From an uncultured Planctomycetia bacterium (GTDB taxonomy: Bacteria; Omnitrophota; Gorgyraeia; 1-14-0-20-64-10): a stretch of 64,000 nucleotides of DNA. This document shows, piece by piece, positions 51,801 to 61,039 of this stretch (position 1 is the first letter of the stretch; the number at the start of each line of letters is the position of its first letter). The notes beneath the pieces are model-generated. The model made no database searches, was not told the origin of the DNA, and worked only from the letters and a program-made list of their open reading frames with translations. A program made the position numbers and the translations under genes. The stretch is from positions 88,234 through 152,233 of the forward strand of contig CAZQXN010000002.1 in NCBI GenBank assembly GCA_964597545.1. Reading direction: 5' to 3'.

Positions 51801-54800
51801 CCGCCGAGGATTTTTCCCTGGCGCAGGCGAATACGGCGGATCTGGTGATGGCAGGGTTGTTTTATCGGTTGAACGGCCGGCTCAGCCGAGAGGAGCTGGA
51901 TGCACGCCTCTCAAGGCTGGCCCAGGCGCTTGAGGATTACCGGACCCATACCGGAGGAGATCCAACCAGGAAACCGGCGATTGTCAATGTCAGCCAAGAC
52001 GACGTTGATTTTGTTGCCCAAAAGGTTCTCTTGACCCGCTATGAGCCGGATCGAGAGGAAGAGCAGGAGCGGGTTCTTGCTACTGGGCAGCGCGGTGCCG
52101 GAAAAGCGGTAGAACAGGGGGCCGAACGCGCAGTGCAGGCCAAACGCGCGGCTCGGGTTTCAAGCAGCCGGGTTGCGGCTCAGCGCACTCAGCAGAGGAA
52201 GGCTTTCCAGGCGGCCAGGGACGGGAAGGCCGGCAGCGGATTGGAAGAGGTGTCTGAGGGGGTGGATCAGGCCATGGAGGCAGTTTCAGCCCATGGCGTG
52301 CCGTTGGCTCAGATTACCCCTGAGGCCTTCGGGCGGTTTCTGGGGCATGCCCAAACAGCGGTGGAGGCGCTGGTGGATGCTGTGCTGCCGCCGGATACCT
52401 CCTTGACCGCTGAGCAGGCCGAACTCAGGCGCCAGGCCCTCGAGTTTTCGCACCAGTTCTTCAATGACGGAGGGGCAATTCGCCGGGAAGCGTATTACGA
52501 GAGGCAGGGGGGCGCCAATGTCGGTTTGGGTCCGGCGCTCGGAGAGCTGGCCTGGCAGGCCAGGGAGGATGAGGGGCTTCGCGAGACAGTGGCCCAGGTG
52601 GAAGTGCTCCTTCAAACTGCGATGTTTGTGGATGCCATGGTCGAGGTCGAAACCCCGGCCCGGTTCTATGAGCAGCTGGTGGAGATCTTTGAGATGACGC
52701 TTGACAGCCATCGCTTTTACGCCTTGCCTTACCTCTGGTCTGAGCGGGAGCGGGGGCTGGCCTTTTCCGGCTATTCCTACGATGAGAAGTTTGCCCTCTC
52801 TCGCCGTCTCTACGGATGGCTCTACCGGTATCTGCATGCCCAGTTCCTGGAAAGGACCGAATTCGGACAGATGCCGGCGGAATACGTTGATGCCGTGCTG
52901 GGCGATGCCACCCGGGGTGTCTGGCACATCGGGATTGGCCATCTAGAAAACGAAGACCTTCAGCACTGGATGAGTTTCAAGCGGTTCCGAGACCTGGCCT
53001 TCTGGAGGAATGAGCATTACATGCTTCCCTTTGTGCTGACGGGGGCCTCTCCGACTGTCTTTAAAATGGAGAGCCGAACCAACCTCATCTTTACCTACGG
53101 AATGGGGGATATGACGGTGGCCACCCACTTGACCCGCGCCCCTCTGCTGGAGAAGCACGATACCAATGTTTTTCAGACGGCCTATCCTGTCCATGCCGAA
53201 ACCGGTGATGACACGCACCCGCTGGAGCCCCAGATCCATGACGGGCTGACCTATGTTTCGCTGAGACGCCTTCACGAGATCTTGGCCGGCATCGGCACGC
53301 CGGGCGCTGAGATAGACAGAATTTCCGGCGGAATTGTCCGGCAATTTGAGGAGGAGATGCGGCGTCAGGGTTACAACGAGCGCCAGATAGAAGCTGTCAA
53401 GGCCAGTCCCCACGGGATTGCTGTGCCGATCCTCGTTCAATTCTCGCAGCCGGCGGCGGTTCACGGAGGATATGTCCATGATTTCCGGCGGGAGAGAGGC
53501 CCGTTTGATCGTGACGGAGGTCACTGGAACCAGACCACCTTGACCAACGCCTTTACCTTTGCCGAGAGATTCACCTGGGAGTCGCTGGCCGGAAGCGGTG
53601 TGATGCGCCCCTGGCAGATGAACATTCTTCACCAGGAATACAGGGATTGGGTGGAGGAGGGGCTCAGCACAGAGCAGATTGCCGATAAACTGCTGGCGCG
53701 CATCGTTGATTTCATGAACAGCACCCCGCGCTTAACCCATGAAGGGCGCTTGGTCACTCGGGCAGAGATGGAGTCGGGCGGGCGCCAGATGCTGATTGCG
53801 CTGTTGATGCAGGGCAGGGAGTTTGTCGAGAAGGATCTTGAGTTGGTTGTGCACCACGCCTTAGGTATATTGCGGGGACAGAATGCGGTCTTCAAGGAGT
53901 TCTTAGAGTCCTACGCGACCCAGTACTTGACGCGTGAAGCCCAAGAGATGATCGCCGAGTGGTTTTCCAGGGTGCGCGGCATCCCCGTCAGCCTCGACCA
54001 CTATCCGCTCACCGCCCTCTTTGATTACAGCAGGGCGATCATGGTGCTGGGACCTGACGGATACGAAGTCCCCTACCTCATTCTGGTCCTTGCCACGCAG
54101 GAGATCGCCAACTTCGGCATGCAGGGGGGGCTCTTTGTCTTAACCCCGGAGATGATCCGCCCCCACTATCGGGAAGCGTACATGGATGCTTTGGTGGGGG
54201 CTGCCGACGCCTCTATCAAATCCGAGAACCAATTCTTGGACGATGCGCAGCGCCGCGAAGAGATCCTAAGAGAGTTTGGCAGATTGTATGAGGTAGAGGA
54301 GCTTGACGACATCATCGCAACTCCCAGGAGAAATCTTGCCGGGGTGGCCGATTCCGACTCTCACTACCAGATGGTAGATGCGAAGCTCATGCTCACGGAT
54401 GATGCCGAGGGGAATCTGCGCTGGTATTGGGACGAGGTCGCCGAGCGCCGCCTCTTTCTCTTTGATCTGGAAGACAACCCCAATGCCGACGTTGCCATCT
54501 TTGATGAGAGCGGTTCGCCGGTCACATGGGATGCTGAGCATCCCATCCCGATGTGGGAGAAGCCCGATCCAGCGGATGAGAGCACCTGGAAGCCAATCCC
54601 TTATTATTACAAGGATGCTACCGGCCAACAGCATCAAATCCAGATCGCCTACGCGGCCAAGCTCGAGCGTAACCCCGGCCAAGGGCTGATGGGCCCTTAC
54701 GACAGGATGCTTCCGCTTCACCGAAAAGGAGAGGGGGCAGAGCGCTTGCTTGCCGCCATGGGGCAGATGGGCGCCCAGGTCATGGCAAACCGCGCCAGTA

Positions 54801-57800
54801 TCGCAGCCGCCCCTACGCCCGCGCCCAACGATCTCCAACCACAACTGTTGGTCAATCCCACCTACACGCCGATTCCCACGGGGGAGCGAATCTCCCTGGA
54901 GGCCGGTGAGACCGGTGAGGAGTGGGCGCAGTGGGCTTGGGAGAGGGCCAGTGCGGATCTGGGTCTGTCCGGGCTCGAGGAGGGTGACGCCATTGCACCG
55001 GCAAGCTTAAGCGTGGTGCTCACCCATTACCTGGTTGCCGGGGTCACTGCCCGCTACAACTCCTCACCTGCTGACCTTCAGGAGGCGCTGAGAAATCCCA
55101 CTCGCGCTGCCCACATGGCCCGCGCTGCAGAACGCTTCCTGGCTGACGCAGAGCTTGCAGGCCACCTGGAGGAGGCAGGTGTCCGGCTGACAGGGGATCA
55201 GCCGATCACCGCCACCCTACAGGATTCTTCGTACAGGAGCCGCGTTGTCCAATTGGCGATGGATTATCTTCAGTTGGAGGAACGGTTCACGCCGCTGGCG
55301 GTGGCACCCGAGCCCTTAAGCGCTGAAGAGCTTGAGACCCTCTTTACGGATCAGACCGTATACGCCGGAATCTTCTCTGTCAGCCCCTTGGCAGAGCAGT
55401 TGGAGCTGGCGACTCTGCAGAGGGATTTTGACCGATTCTCGCCAGACGGCAAGGCAGTCCGGGTGATCGGGGTCTCCAAGGAGGATCTCAATCGCGACGC
55501 TACCGCGAACCGCTTCCTGGTGGCGGACCCCTCTGGCCGGGTGAGAGAGGTTCGTTCGCTCGATTCCGTCAAGATCGACCGGGCGCATGTCTTAGAGCTG
55601 GACCATGCCAAGGAATTGGCTGACCACCGGGAGATCTGGGAGCTCCTCGACGCTCTTCTGGTGCCGGTAGTCAACCCCTGGGAGTCGGCGGCCAAGGCCG
55701 ACGACAAGTTCCAAACCCATGCAATCTTGCGCGACGCCGGTATCGCAACCCCCTTAGCCGAGAAGGCCGTCGGGATTATCTCTGCCCGTAAGAAGGTGGA
55801 GGAGGCGCTGACCTCACTGGTGAGGAGGCATCTTGAGCGGCAGGGAGCCCTTCAGCAGCCGGGAGTCCACCCCGTGAGCCTCTTTGCCCAGCCCAACATC
55901 GGAAGCCGCGGGGAGAATCTTGGCTTCGGCGCCTTTGAGGTTGTCGTCAGAGAAGGTGAGGCGCTGGAGATTCATCCGGAACAGCGCGGCTGGAGCGATC
56001 TACTGGAGCATGCCGACCGGCTCATTAAGAGACGTGATGCCGTGCTCACCGAGGAACGGGGAAGCGCAACCTACCAAGGCCGGAATGTGGTCTTGAAGCT
56101 CCTTGCCCTCTCTCCGGACGGGGGCCGGAGCTTCCAGGTGGAGTCGGGCGTGGCGCTGGTGGCCCGAGGCCCAGGGGAGTTCGCCTCTCCTGCACACGGG
56201 GCTGAGTTTGTTGAGATCAATGCCGCACTGCGGGATCTTAGATTTCCCGAGGGCCAGTCCCTTACACAGGGATCACTCAGCGCGATTCTTGGGACTGCTG
56301 CCGAAGCAGCCAGGGTCATTGGAGCCGGCCAGATCCTCGGCGTGGATCTCCTGCTGGAGTTTCAAGAGGATCGGATGGTTGCGGTGGTCAAAGAGGTTAA
56401 TGCCCGGCCCGGTGAGCTGTGGCGGTTCAATCGCATTGAGCCCCTCGATGAACCGGCCACAGGTCCTTCGACGCCGCTCAGGACAGGCCTGGAGGAAGGA
56501 GCCTCGGCTCCGCTCACCTCCTCCCTGCTGCCCCAAATGGCCGCTCCCGGCGTTACCGGAATTCGGAAGACCTACCCCCTCTGGCAATGGCAGAGGATGG
56601 TTTCTGATCCGGAGGGAAGTGGATTCAAAGCGATGCTGGCTGAGGAGTTTCATGCGGATCAGATTGATGAAGAGATTGTGCGCGTCAGAACGCTAATTGA
56701 TGCTGCGATGGGAAGAGAGGTCCAGATCAGAAGCCAAGAAGCCGAGCCCCTCTTTGATCCTGGCGCTCCGGTGGCGCTGAGCTTCGCCCCGGGGCGAGTC
56801 CGCTACAAGGGCGGCCACACCGATATTAAGGGGTCAGGAGAAAAGACCATCAACGCCGCCACCCATTTTGGCGTGTGGGCCCTGACCCAAGTCCTCCACG
56901 ACCCCAAGACCGCCGGCCGCGTGATCGCAGATAACCTTGCGCCCGAGCATGACCCATTCGCTTTTGGCCTCTTTGATGAGGGGATATTACCCCCTGTGGG
57001 GATTCGCCAGATTCGTCCGGATTGGCTTAATTTTGCTGAGACCCACGGCAGCCCCTACAAGTGGGAGGCCAACATCAAGGGGGTTCCGGCATTTATTCGG
57101 ACCGATTATCTGGATCCGACCGGAGACCGCCGCCGGGCCATGGAGGGGTGGGGAATCCGCCTGCTCTTGTCTGAGAGCACCATTCCGACCGGCAAGGGTC
57201 TGTCCACCTCCTCGGCATTACCGGCGGTCTTTGTTTGGGGGATTCAGCCCTTTTTGCCCCCCGAAGTCCGGCTGAGTCCGCAGCAGTTGAATGATGTGGA
57301 TTACGTCGCCTATTACGGCGGCGACCGAGCCGGAACCGCGGACATGACAACGATCAATCTGGGAGCGCTCGACACCATTCTGGTACTGGACTCTTTCCCT
57401 GAGGGTGTTGCCGCTACAGTAACACTACCCCCTGATTTTAGATACCTGATCGTTGACTCTGGAATTGAACGGTTAGACGCCGCTTCTCAGGAGATAAGGA
57501 CTCAAAACTTTGCCGCCTTCATTAAATCTATGACCGGAATGGGGCCGGCCTTTGCCACGATCTGGCTGAGGCATCTGTCCAGGAGCCGGCCGAGGGAGTA
57601 CAGACAGCTTGAGGAGCTTCTGCTGACCCACGAGGCAGGGCATCCCTTTGGCCTTTTGCGCGAGTTAAGCGAAACCGGCGCACTGACCGATCCCCGCTAT
57701 AACCCGATGGTAGACGGCGACACCGCTGATGCGCGGGAGGAATTTATTCGCAAGGTCATGGGAGAGATTCCAAATGGCATGACCGTTGAAGACATCCGGA

Positions 57801-60800
57801 CGGCCGTTGTCGAGGAGGACCTGCAGGGGTTGCTGGACGGTTTGCTGGCCGGTTTCACCCCTCTTCTGGGGGCGCATCAGGGTCAAGACGCAAAGGCTTT
57901 TCGGAGGCAAGAGCCGCAGGTTTTTAGCGCGCTTCAGATGCAGTCGGTCATCCCCATGCGCCAAATGGCGCTCTATCAATACGAAGAGGGTAGGCGTATT
58001 CAAGCCTATGTTGAGGCTGCCCGGCGAGGGGATGCCAAAACTCTTGTTGAGCTCTACCGTCAGGCCCATGACGGAGACCGGGCGCTCTGGAGTTTGGGGC
58101 CGGGCGGTGAGTTCGTCTTGACCCCTTGGGGTGAGAGCCAACCCAAAGAGGCCTTCTTCCGGAGCATCCCTGAGATGGATGAGCTTGCGGATCAATTCCG
58201 GGCGCACATGGAAGGCCTTTTTGCAGAGAGGATGGGCACCCCGGTCGCGGAGCTGCGCGTCTTGGCGGCCGGTTTGGGCGGGGCCTTTGCTCTGGGTGTT
58301 CGAGGGACAGATGAGGTACCTGTTGAGGAGGCGGTAGCTGCCGCGAAGAGGTGGTTTGACGAGCGCAAGCTGGAGGTCATTGAGGTCAGGCCCGGCGGGG
58401 GGGCAATGACCGTCGAGATGCCCACTTCACCCCCCACCTCCGCTTCTGCCACCGGCCAGGAGGAGATGTTGGGAGGGGTGCAAGAGCAGATTCGGCAGGC
58501 CAGCCCGCCAGGGGTGACGTTCGATCCCCGGCCTCGCGGCATCCAAGCGAATGGCAGGACGGCTTCTCAACAGGAGTTCAGCCTCCTCAGTTTTGTCTGG
58601 CAGCCATCTTCCGCGGTGGATGGTCTAAGCGCCGCAGAGCAGCTGCGGGCGGCCTGGCGCCAGGAAGGATTTCCTCCGGAGGCGCGGATACAAGGGGGCC
58701 CACATTTCCTCAATGTAGCCCTCCTGGATAAGCTCGATACGATGAAGAGTATTCTAAGGGAAGAGCTTCCAGACAGAGAGGTGGCTATCATTGCGGGGGA
58801 TGTCCCTGTCGTGGACTTCATCCGAGAGGATCAATTGGAGCAGTTTCCGCTTCAAGATTTTGTTCAGGTTTTGGTTCAGGGGCGGGGTGCGCCGGAACCA
58901 GAAGAGTACCCCCATGTTGCCCACGCCGGCAAAGGTGGCGACGGTGTAGATGATCTGCTTCGGGCCCTCACAGAGGCGATGGCAGAGGAGGGTGCGACGT
59001 ACGGAGACCTTCCCGAGTGGTTGTCCGGGTCCCTGCCGGATACGATGAAGCAAAAGCCCATCGACCCCCAGAAACTGGCGCTCTTTCTTGATGTGGACGG
59101 TACGGTGCTGGAACCGAAAGACACCTTTGATCCGGCGCAGGACGGTGTCCAAGGCCAGCATTTTCAAGGCGAGCGGGTGAAGCTGCTGACACAGCTTGCA
59201 GGCAAAGGGGTTGAGACCGCATTCCTCACAGCCAAGAATGCATTTGGCGATGTTGCTGCGGGGGGCGTTCATGACGATAGCCTGCGGCTGGTTGTTCCTC
59301 TGGGCAGTGCCCTGGAGGCGGCCGGTGTCCCTCAAGGGAGGATTCGATACGACGGGCTTTTTGGGCAGCAGCAAGCGCGGTACCAACCCGCCGGAGGGCT
59401 TCTCTGGAGTCGGGCAGAACTGCCGGAAGGCAGGCAACCCTTCACCCTCCGGGAAGCGGCAGCCATTCTTCGCAAACAGCTGGAGGTTGTCCAAGCCAAT
59501 CTTCAATCTGCCGGCTTGCAGGAGAATCCCCTTTCCCAGGTGGAAGGAGAGATCCGGGATGCAGGCAAACAGTTGGGATTGGACCTCTATCCGCAGTGGG
59601 GTGCCATCGATCCGGATGGCAGAGATGCTGCTCACAATCCGCTCTTTCTGGTCATCGAGTGGGACTCTGACCGATCCAACGCCGTTGATGCTGAGAAAGC
59701 TGGCGAGCAATTAAAGACCGATTTAAAAGCAATCCATCCCCTATTACCAGGCAGGGTGGTTCCGAGAGGCAACCTACTCAGCGTGGTTCTGCCATCAAAG
59801 CTGTGGAGTTTAAAGAGCATTGTAGAAACAGGATTTCCAAACAAACGAGTGGTGTTGGTCATTGGGGACCGGCTGAATACAGATTTCTACCATCCAGGGT
59901 TGGGTCACTCATTTCTGGACGCTCCTTACGCCTATGCGCAATTATTGCTGCGCAAGGTCGATCCAGCCTCGATACAACCTTATCCTAACCTTGTGATGAC
60001 CGAACAGGAAACAGAGGCAGGTTTCGATCAGGTCATGCAAGTGTTGCTCGATGCCATCGCCTCAAAGGGGCGCTATGAAACGCTGCCTTTCCTAGGTCCT
60101 GCCTTGAGCGCTCAGGGGGTGACAGGGCCGATCCAGCCGTCAGAGATCCTGATCTTTTCCGATGTGGATGGCACGATTTTGAGCTCCTTGGATACGTTTG
60201 TAGAGGCTGAGGATGGTGTGCAGGAGCAGACATTCCAGGCAGATCGGCTGGATCGAATGGTTCAGCTGGTTGGTCGCGGGGTTGGTTTCCAAACTTTGGG
60301 GGGGAAGGTGCTCCACGACCTCTCGGGGACCCGCGTTCGGACGGATGCCCAGCGGCTCATGGATCCCTTTGTGGCCACCCTATTGGATCGGAAGATCCCC
60401 TTGCGTGAAGTGGCCTACAATGGCGGTTTAGGGGTTCAGCGGGCTCAACCCATTGCCGCCGGTGAGTACAATTTCAGTAGGGGTGGTTTCCCAACGGAGT
60501 TGGAGGAGCTCACCGATCAGCAAGCGATTCAAGTTTTTCACCTGATGCTGGAGGCCATCCAGGCGAACATTCGTCCGGATGCCACCGGCCAAGAGGAGGT
60601 CATCCCGCTTCCTGCGGGGGCTGCCCAAGGGCACCTTGTTATTCTAACTCCCGATATGGTTGAACCTGCGATCGGGGCCTTGTCTATCTTGAAGCCTCCA
60701 CCCGGCGAAACCCTACAACTGGCCGCCATTGTTTCCAATGCACGTCAGGCAGCCGTGGTTACTGTCGGTTTGGAAGAGGCAGGGTTAACCCTTGCCCACC

Positions 60801-61009
60801 CGATGGTGAATCTCCAGGAAACCGGTTGGACCTTGGGAGAAGCGATCGTGGATATCCAAATTCGCGCCTGGGCCGATGCCATAGAGACTTTTGTGGTACA
60901 AACCTTCGGCCAGCTTAAAGGTTTGGGAGCTTACCTTAAGATCCCAGCTGCCTCCATTCGCACCTGGTTCAAGCGAGTCGAACGAGCCGTGCTGGGGATT
61001 CAAGCATAA
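45821..61009 (+). CDS. Giant secreted multidomain protein (5062 aa). It has a signal peptide and the conserved post-signal module. Embedded enzyme-like folds: an ATP-grasp (~55600-56415), a GHMP kinase (~56900-58420) and two HAD-like DxDGT modules (~59070-59330 and ~60140-60400). Recurrent G-L/Q-E-E linkers punctuate it.
   Basis: Single 15-kb frame with ATG start. N-terminus 'IWIRLSAWVVIQALVVTHLSPAFAEPK...LRASQRESKGGLEEL'. Confidence 0.7.
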   Translation: MNGLDNRKIWIRLSAWVVIQALVVTHLSPAFAEPKIGTRYQDQKSVPGTKTLRASQRESKGGLEELREALTEDAPQAPTETSPASGLEETMVDAGGVHGPGFGLLLEADEAALGRYGTEAAKEFAKTGVPVPKLGEGERVGRSSLSFSGRANGIFGRAKIGQFQLNAEERHRRPQAAATRNRLQAGLNFLAGQQRRERAQSELVLELLPLITPLVRLNASAAALRSAERRMDELIDRLDALGEGRGVRAEVARQLQAHLEAWRGGAGENQLMTQAQRVLLAQRVDALILEGQLSAGALQQAERLQEQLEQERYGVYEDQAPEKQKGISFNGVSLIAHLISFARIPTQRLAQRLAQSSAKGRIPLELWVDHDRLLDIPPLSDLRYRGEERVMRLDLTTPHRVNGFDAGGQLYGLALFNQLQAVVQAAEPAGPTPPWLDPVELGAKENLLTSFTCYETWAPQAQQALAQTLKDRHIDSGHHFRWFLTSGAYGTPLEKELAAERLMGRTRLVLEYDQGDPDDPESIISILESETDLEVLSDRIAPLLTGSASPAMAAANAARVGRWAQSTGRLLVGTRAGLASFVEAIAMAGARQLSVKELEAQVRGLVAWLDETRVDLQTPELGAVRDFSAVRGVAMELVNLAGQKTVFDAQLQGAIQRFDARLGEFHASVVKELRSLRTEQAGVIAREKAASGRSRRESRLARDLAVIQKKVDQLDGIMSALKEARAQAPKGEPVQVIIFQRPSARGVRNIAVGATGKDIYFSTDPKLNALLAKGAHNAHFTPFERVYIAVVDVLVEPLPAYANFFMLELKGGRNELVPFVDRKAMLAMFSNSSDSMRQNIRHRFESWWIGMAQRIVARQMQAEDEVERIQREHGVDEADALRWLIWERGWEPLVGQVAAVAERTRDNLLEQVFSLKGKYLIDERDALELAVRDDSSTQNLLGRLRDQAEAADEPFDQFLDTFTRRHRLIQRGRVLAQRALERPQGMFQVHNLTTMGPFETATSNREVLERSFAAGNVVDHYRLDGKVRAILRHWNDRTTAVAETVVRELDYSGYLDEAIEEFRGSPSNPKDRARGLRSIMDSYPEVGDEVIKIVLLLEAQEKRRWEGRLVEAAGTLMESAPYQKEAEDLEAVAGENGWDLQTPEGRFRATFEVLKRSSPLREAAISQAGPIRSAAGDLVEIEAVEERVRFHTESPTQQEDWRLRAARAVLDDFGVEPASGKNPLETVEANPDYQRAYRASLYSWARDEVIETLGLAEAQEDFLYLRNAGSTGMGLLTAREQAIWETGLSHELDNPRFQYNATGPAQGFLQGASMSQIDTGRDQVPSVIGLRKMVAGLDVRATAEAARVYETFNLAGVTRMNDPRIEEILKVVANLLWGAHHYLTEGIHVNIQAVGGDTMPMAHEQAVAENMAADLGAAIRRHAPAGFNWTLERFVREWNLRLDRLIKNGLWFYGGFCILKEPNLLFAAIKATLHPETRNQMLEAFGVPPQLRPEVLADLRRAMRMRQAFESEEEWTEHAHRFLMSRQKVYFEKLLPVAETQGPGTTLSTTLHLPRLPALLKYLQLRGIIAESGRRQDERTLQFRLADWVNKMLAQASIVNRMGLVRKIHETRRVLEELGVPMSEAVIVRGAPYKAGSELEYDAFLKAIFAITDVRGSPGIYILLIDSLLGKDGFFDEFDREGKELVRELLGGDAGFIPPADVRFVGPGSIGDAYDFVPRNIQQKHYGGMDLNTIHKEAVELLGRHGISREQIRAAAQEHGADLTKWSVLNDLDAGDREEVLQALAGWRLILANGERGLFRSYAQAIQGAHVIDLGIPEPELLDLLDEPTRLLGLARQGRGPDAPVALIDATAGSADSALGIRQPIWPKLKELLALGRRVDVEGKPYYTVGYGGSIDETVQQARIEQEAQGTFGEDLEAALLAGDYETADRLFTNFQGWVRNNNKHNEAQDDLSWVIGKRMGGQDARTEPTLPGEKGLRTVRRFDIQARVMSRLAAEDFSLAQANTADLVMAGLFYRLNGRLSREELDARLSRLAQALEDYRTHTGGDPTRKPAIVNVSQDDVDFVAQKVLLTRYEPDREEEQERVLATGQRGAGKAVEQGAERAVQAKRAARVSSSRVAAQRTQQRKAFQAARDGKAGSGLEEVSEGVDQAMEAVSAHGVPLAQITPEAFGRFLGHAQTAVEALVDAVLPPDTSLTAEQAELRRQALEFSHQFFNDGGAIRREAYYERQGGANVGLGPALGELAWQAREDEGLRETVAQVEVLLQTAMFVDAMVEVETPARFYEQLVEIFEMTLDSHRFYALPYLWSERERGLAFSGYSYDEKFALSRRLYGWLYRYLHAQFLERTEFGQMPAEYVDAVLGDATRGVWHIGIGHLENEDLQHWMSFKRFRDLAFWRNEHYMLPFVLTGASPTVFKMESRTNLIFTYGMGDMTVATHLTRAPLLEKHDTNVFQTAYPVHAETGDDTHPLEPQIHDGLTYVSLRRLHEILAGIGTPGAEIDRISGGIVRQFEEEMRRQGYNERQIEAVKASPHGIAVPILVQFSQPAAVHGGYVHDFRRERGPFDRDGGHWNQTTLTNAFTFAERFTWESLAGSGVMRPWQMNILHQEYRDWVEEGLSTEQIADKLLARIVDFMNSTPRLTHEGRLVTRAEMESGGRQMLIALLMQGREFVEKDLELVVHHALGILRGQNAVFKEFLESYATQYLTREAQEMIAEWFSRVRGIPVSLDHYPLTALFDYSRAIMVLGPDGYEVPYLILVLATQEIANFGMQGGLFVLTPEMIRPHYREAYMDALVGAADASIKSENQFLDDAQRREEILREFGRLYEVEELDDIIATPRRNLAGVADSDSHYQMVDAKLMLTDDAEGNLRWYWDEVAERRLFLFDLEDNPNADVAIFDESGSPVTWDAEHPIPMWEKPDPADESTWKPIPYYYKDATGQQHQIQIAYAAKLERNPGQGLMGPYDRMLPLHRKGEGAERLLAAMGQMGAQVMANRASIAAAPTPAPNDLQPQLLVNPTYTPIPTGERISLEAGETGEEWAQWAWERASADLGLSGLEEGDAIAPASLSVVLTHYLVAGVTARYNSSPADLQEALRNPTRAAHMARAAERFLADAELAGHLEEAGVRLTGDQPITATLQDSSYRSRVVQLAMDYLQLEERFTPLAVAPEPLSAEELETLFTDQTVYAGIFSVSPLAEQLELATLQRDFDRFSPDGKAVRVIGVSKEDLNRDATANRFLVADPSGRVREVRSLDSVKIDRAHVLELDHAKELADHREIWELLDALLVPVVNPWESAAKADDKFQTHAILRDAGIATPLAEKAVGIISARKKVEEALTSLVRRHLERQGALQQPGVHPVSLFAQPNIGSRGENLGFGAFEVVVREGEALEIHPEQRGWSDLLEHADRLIKRRDAVLTEERGSATYQGRNVVLKLLALSPDGGRSFQVESGVALVARGPGEFASPAHGAEFVEINAALRDLRFPEGQSLTQGSLSAILGTAAEAARVIGAGQILGVDLLLEFQEDRMVAVVKEVNARPGELWRFNRIEPLDEPATGPSTPLRTGLEEGASAPLTSSLLPQMAAPGVTGIRKTYPLWQWQRMVSDPEGSGFKAMLAEEFHADQIDEEIVRVRTLIDAAMGREVQIRSQEAEPLFDPGAPVALSFAPGRVRYKGGHTDIKGSGEKTINAATHFGVWALTQVLHDPKTAGRVIADNLAPEHDPFAFGLFDEGILPPVGIRQIRPDWLNFAETHGSPYKWEANIKGVPAFIRTDYLDPTGDRRRAMEGWGIRLLLSESTIPTGKGLSTSSALPAVFVWGIQPFLPPEVRLSPQQLNDVDYVAYYGGDRAGTADMTTINLGALDTILVLDSFPEGVAATVTLPPDFRYLIVDSGIERLDAASQEIRTQNFAAFIKSMTGMGPAFATIWLRHLSRSRPREYRQLEELLLTHEAGHPFGLLRELSETGALTDPRYNPMVDGDTADAREEFIRKVMGEIPNGMTVEDIRTAVVEEDLQGLLDGLLAGFTPLLGAHQGQDAKAFRRQEPQVFSALQMQSVIPMRQMALYQYEEGRRIQAYVEAARRGDAKTLVELYRQAHDGDRALWSLGPGGEFVLTPWGESQPKEAFFRSIPEMDELADQFRAHMEGLFAERMGTPVAELRVLAAGLGGAFALGVRGTDEVPVEEAVAAAKRWFDERKLEVIEVRPGGGAMTVEMPTSPPTSASATGQEEMLGGVQEQIRQASPPGVTFDPRPRGIQANGRTASQQEFSLLSFVWQPSSAVDGLSAAEQLRAAWRQEGFPPEARIQGGPHFLNVALLDKLDTMKSILREELPDREVAIIAGDVPVVDFIREDQLEQFPLQDFVQVLVQGRGAPEPEEYPHVAHAGKGGDGVDDLLRALTEAMAEEGATYGDLPEWLSGSLPDTMKQKPIDPQKLALFLDVDGTVLEPKDTFDPAQDGVQGQHFQGERVKLLTQLAGKGVETAFLTAKNAFGDVAAGGVHDDSLRLVVPLGSALEAAGVPQGRIRYDGLFGQQQARYQPAGGLLWSRAELPEGRQPFTLREAAAILRKQLEVVQANLQSAGLQENPLSQVEGEIRDAGKQLGLDLYPQWGAIDPDGRDAAHNPLFLVIEWDSDRSNAVDAEKAGEQLKTDLKAIHPLLPGRVVPRGNLLSVVLPSKLWSLKSIVETGFPNKRVVLVIGDRLNTDFYHPGLGHSFLDAPYAYAQLLLRKVDPASIQPYPNLVMTEQETEAGFDQVMQVLLDAIASKGRYETLPFLGPALSAQGVTGPIQPSEILIFSDVDGTILSSLDTFVEAEDGVQEQTFQADRLDRMVQLVGRGVGFQTLGGKVLHDLSGTRVRTDAQRLMDPFVATLLDRKIPLREVAYNGGLGVQRAQPIAAGEYNFSRGGFPTELEELTDQQAIQVFHLMLEAIQANIRPDATGQEEVIPLPAGAAQGHLVILTPDMVEPAIGALSILKPPPGETLQLAAIVSNARQAAVVTVGLEEAGLTLAHPMVNLQETGWTLGEAIVDIQIRAWADAIETFVVQTFGQLKGLGAYLKIPAASIRTWFKRVERAVLGIQA
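45923..45970 (+). repeat. Two tandem near-palindromic 19-nt units (atcggtaccaggtaccaag / atcggtacctggtaccaag) lying in frame in the post-signal-peptide linker of the 5062-aa gene
   Basis: They encode 'KIGTRYQDQKSVPGTK'. The units differ only at the central base, and each contains two KpnI-like GGTACC sites. Confidence 0.8.
55600..56415 (+). other. ATP-grasp-like domain
   Basis: 'VVNPWESAAKADDKFQTHAILRDAGIATPLAEKAV', 'LFAQPNIGSRGENLGF', 'ILGVDLLLEFQEDRMVAVVKEVNARPG' match the ATP-grasp B/C-subdomain pattern (K-loop, 'vvKP..Gs.G.Gv', 'GvD......g.yvlEvN..PG'). Confidence 0.5.
56900..58420 (+). other. GHMP-kinase-like domain (sugar / small-molecule kinase fold)
   Basis: Motif II 'IPTGKGLSTSSALPAV' (P-x-G-x-G-L-S-S-S-A) at ~57183-57221. 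C-terminal motif 'LRVLAAGLGGAFALGV' at ~58264-58299. Confidence 0.5.
59070..60400 (+). other. Two repeated HAD-like modules (DxDGT nucleophile motif) inside the 5062-aa protein
   Basis: 'LALFLDVDGTVLEPKDTFDPAQDGVQGQHFQGERVKLLTQLAGKGV' and 'ILIFSDVDGTILSSLDTFVEAEDGVQEQTFQADRLDRMVQLVGRGV' are internal paralogs ~1.1 kb apart. Confidence 0.45.
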
Positions 61010-61017
61010 AGCATAAT

Positions 61018-61039
61018 GGGGACGGTCCATTTTGGGACA
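61018..61039 (+). repeat. 22-nt exact repeat 'ggggacggtccattttgggaca', identical to the left arm of the terminator hairpin at 30534-30555. Here it has no right arm. It lies between the two giant genes and overlaps the start of the third giant gene.
   Basis: Direct comparison of the two loci. Confidence 0.85.
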
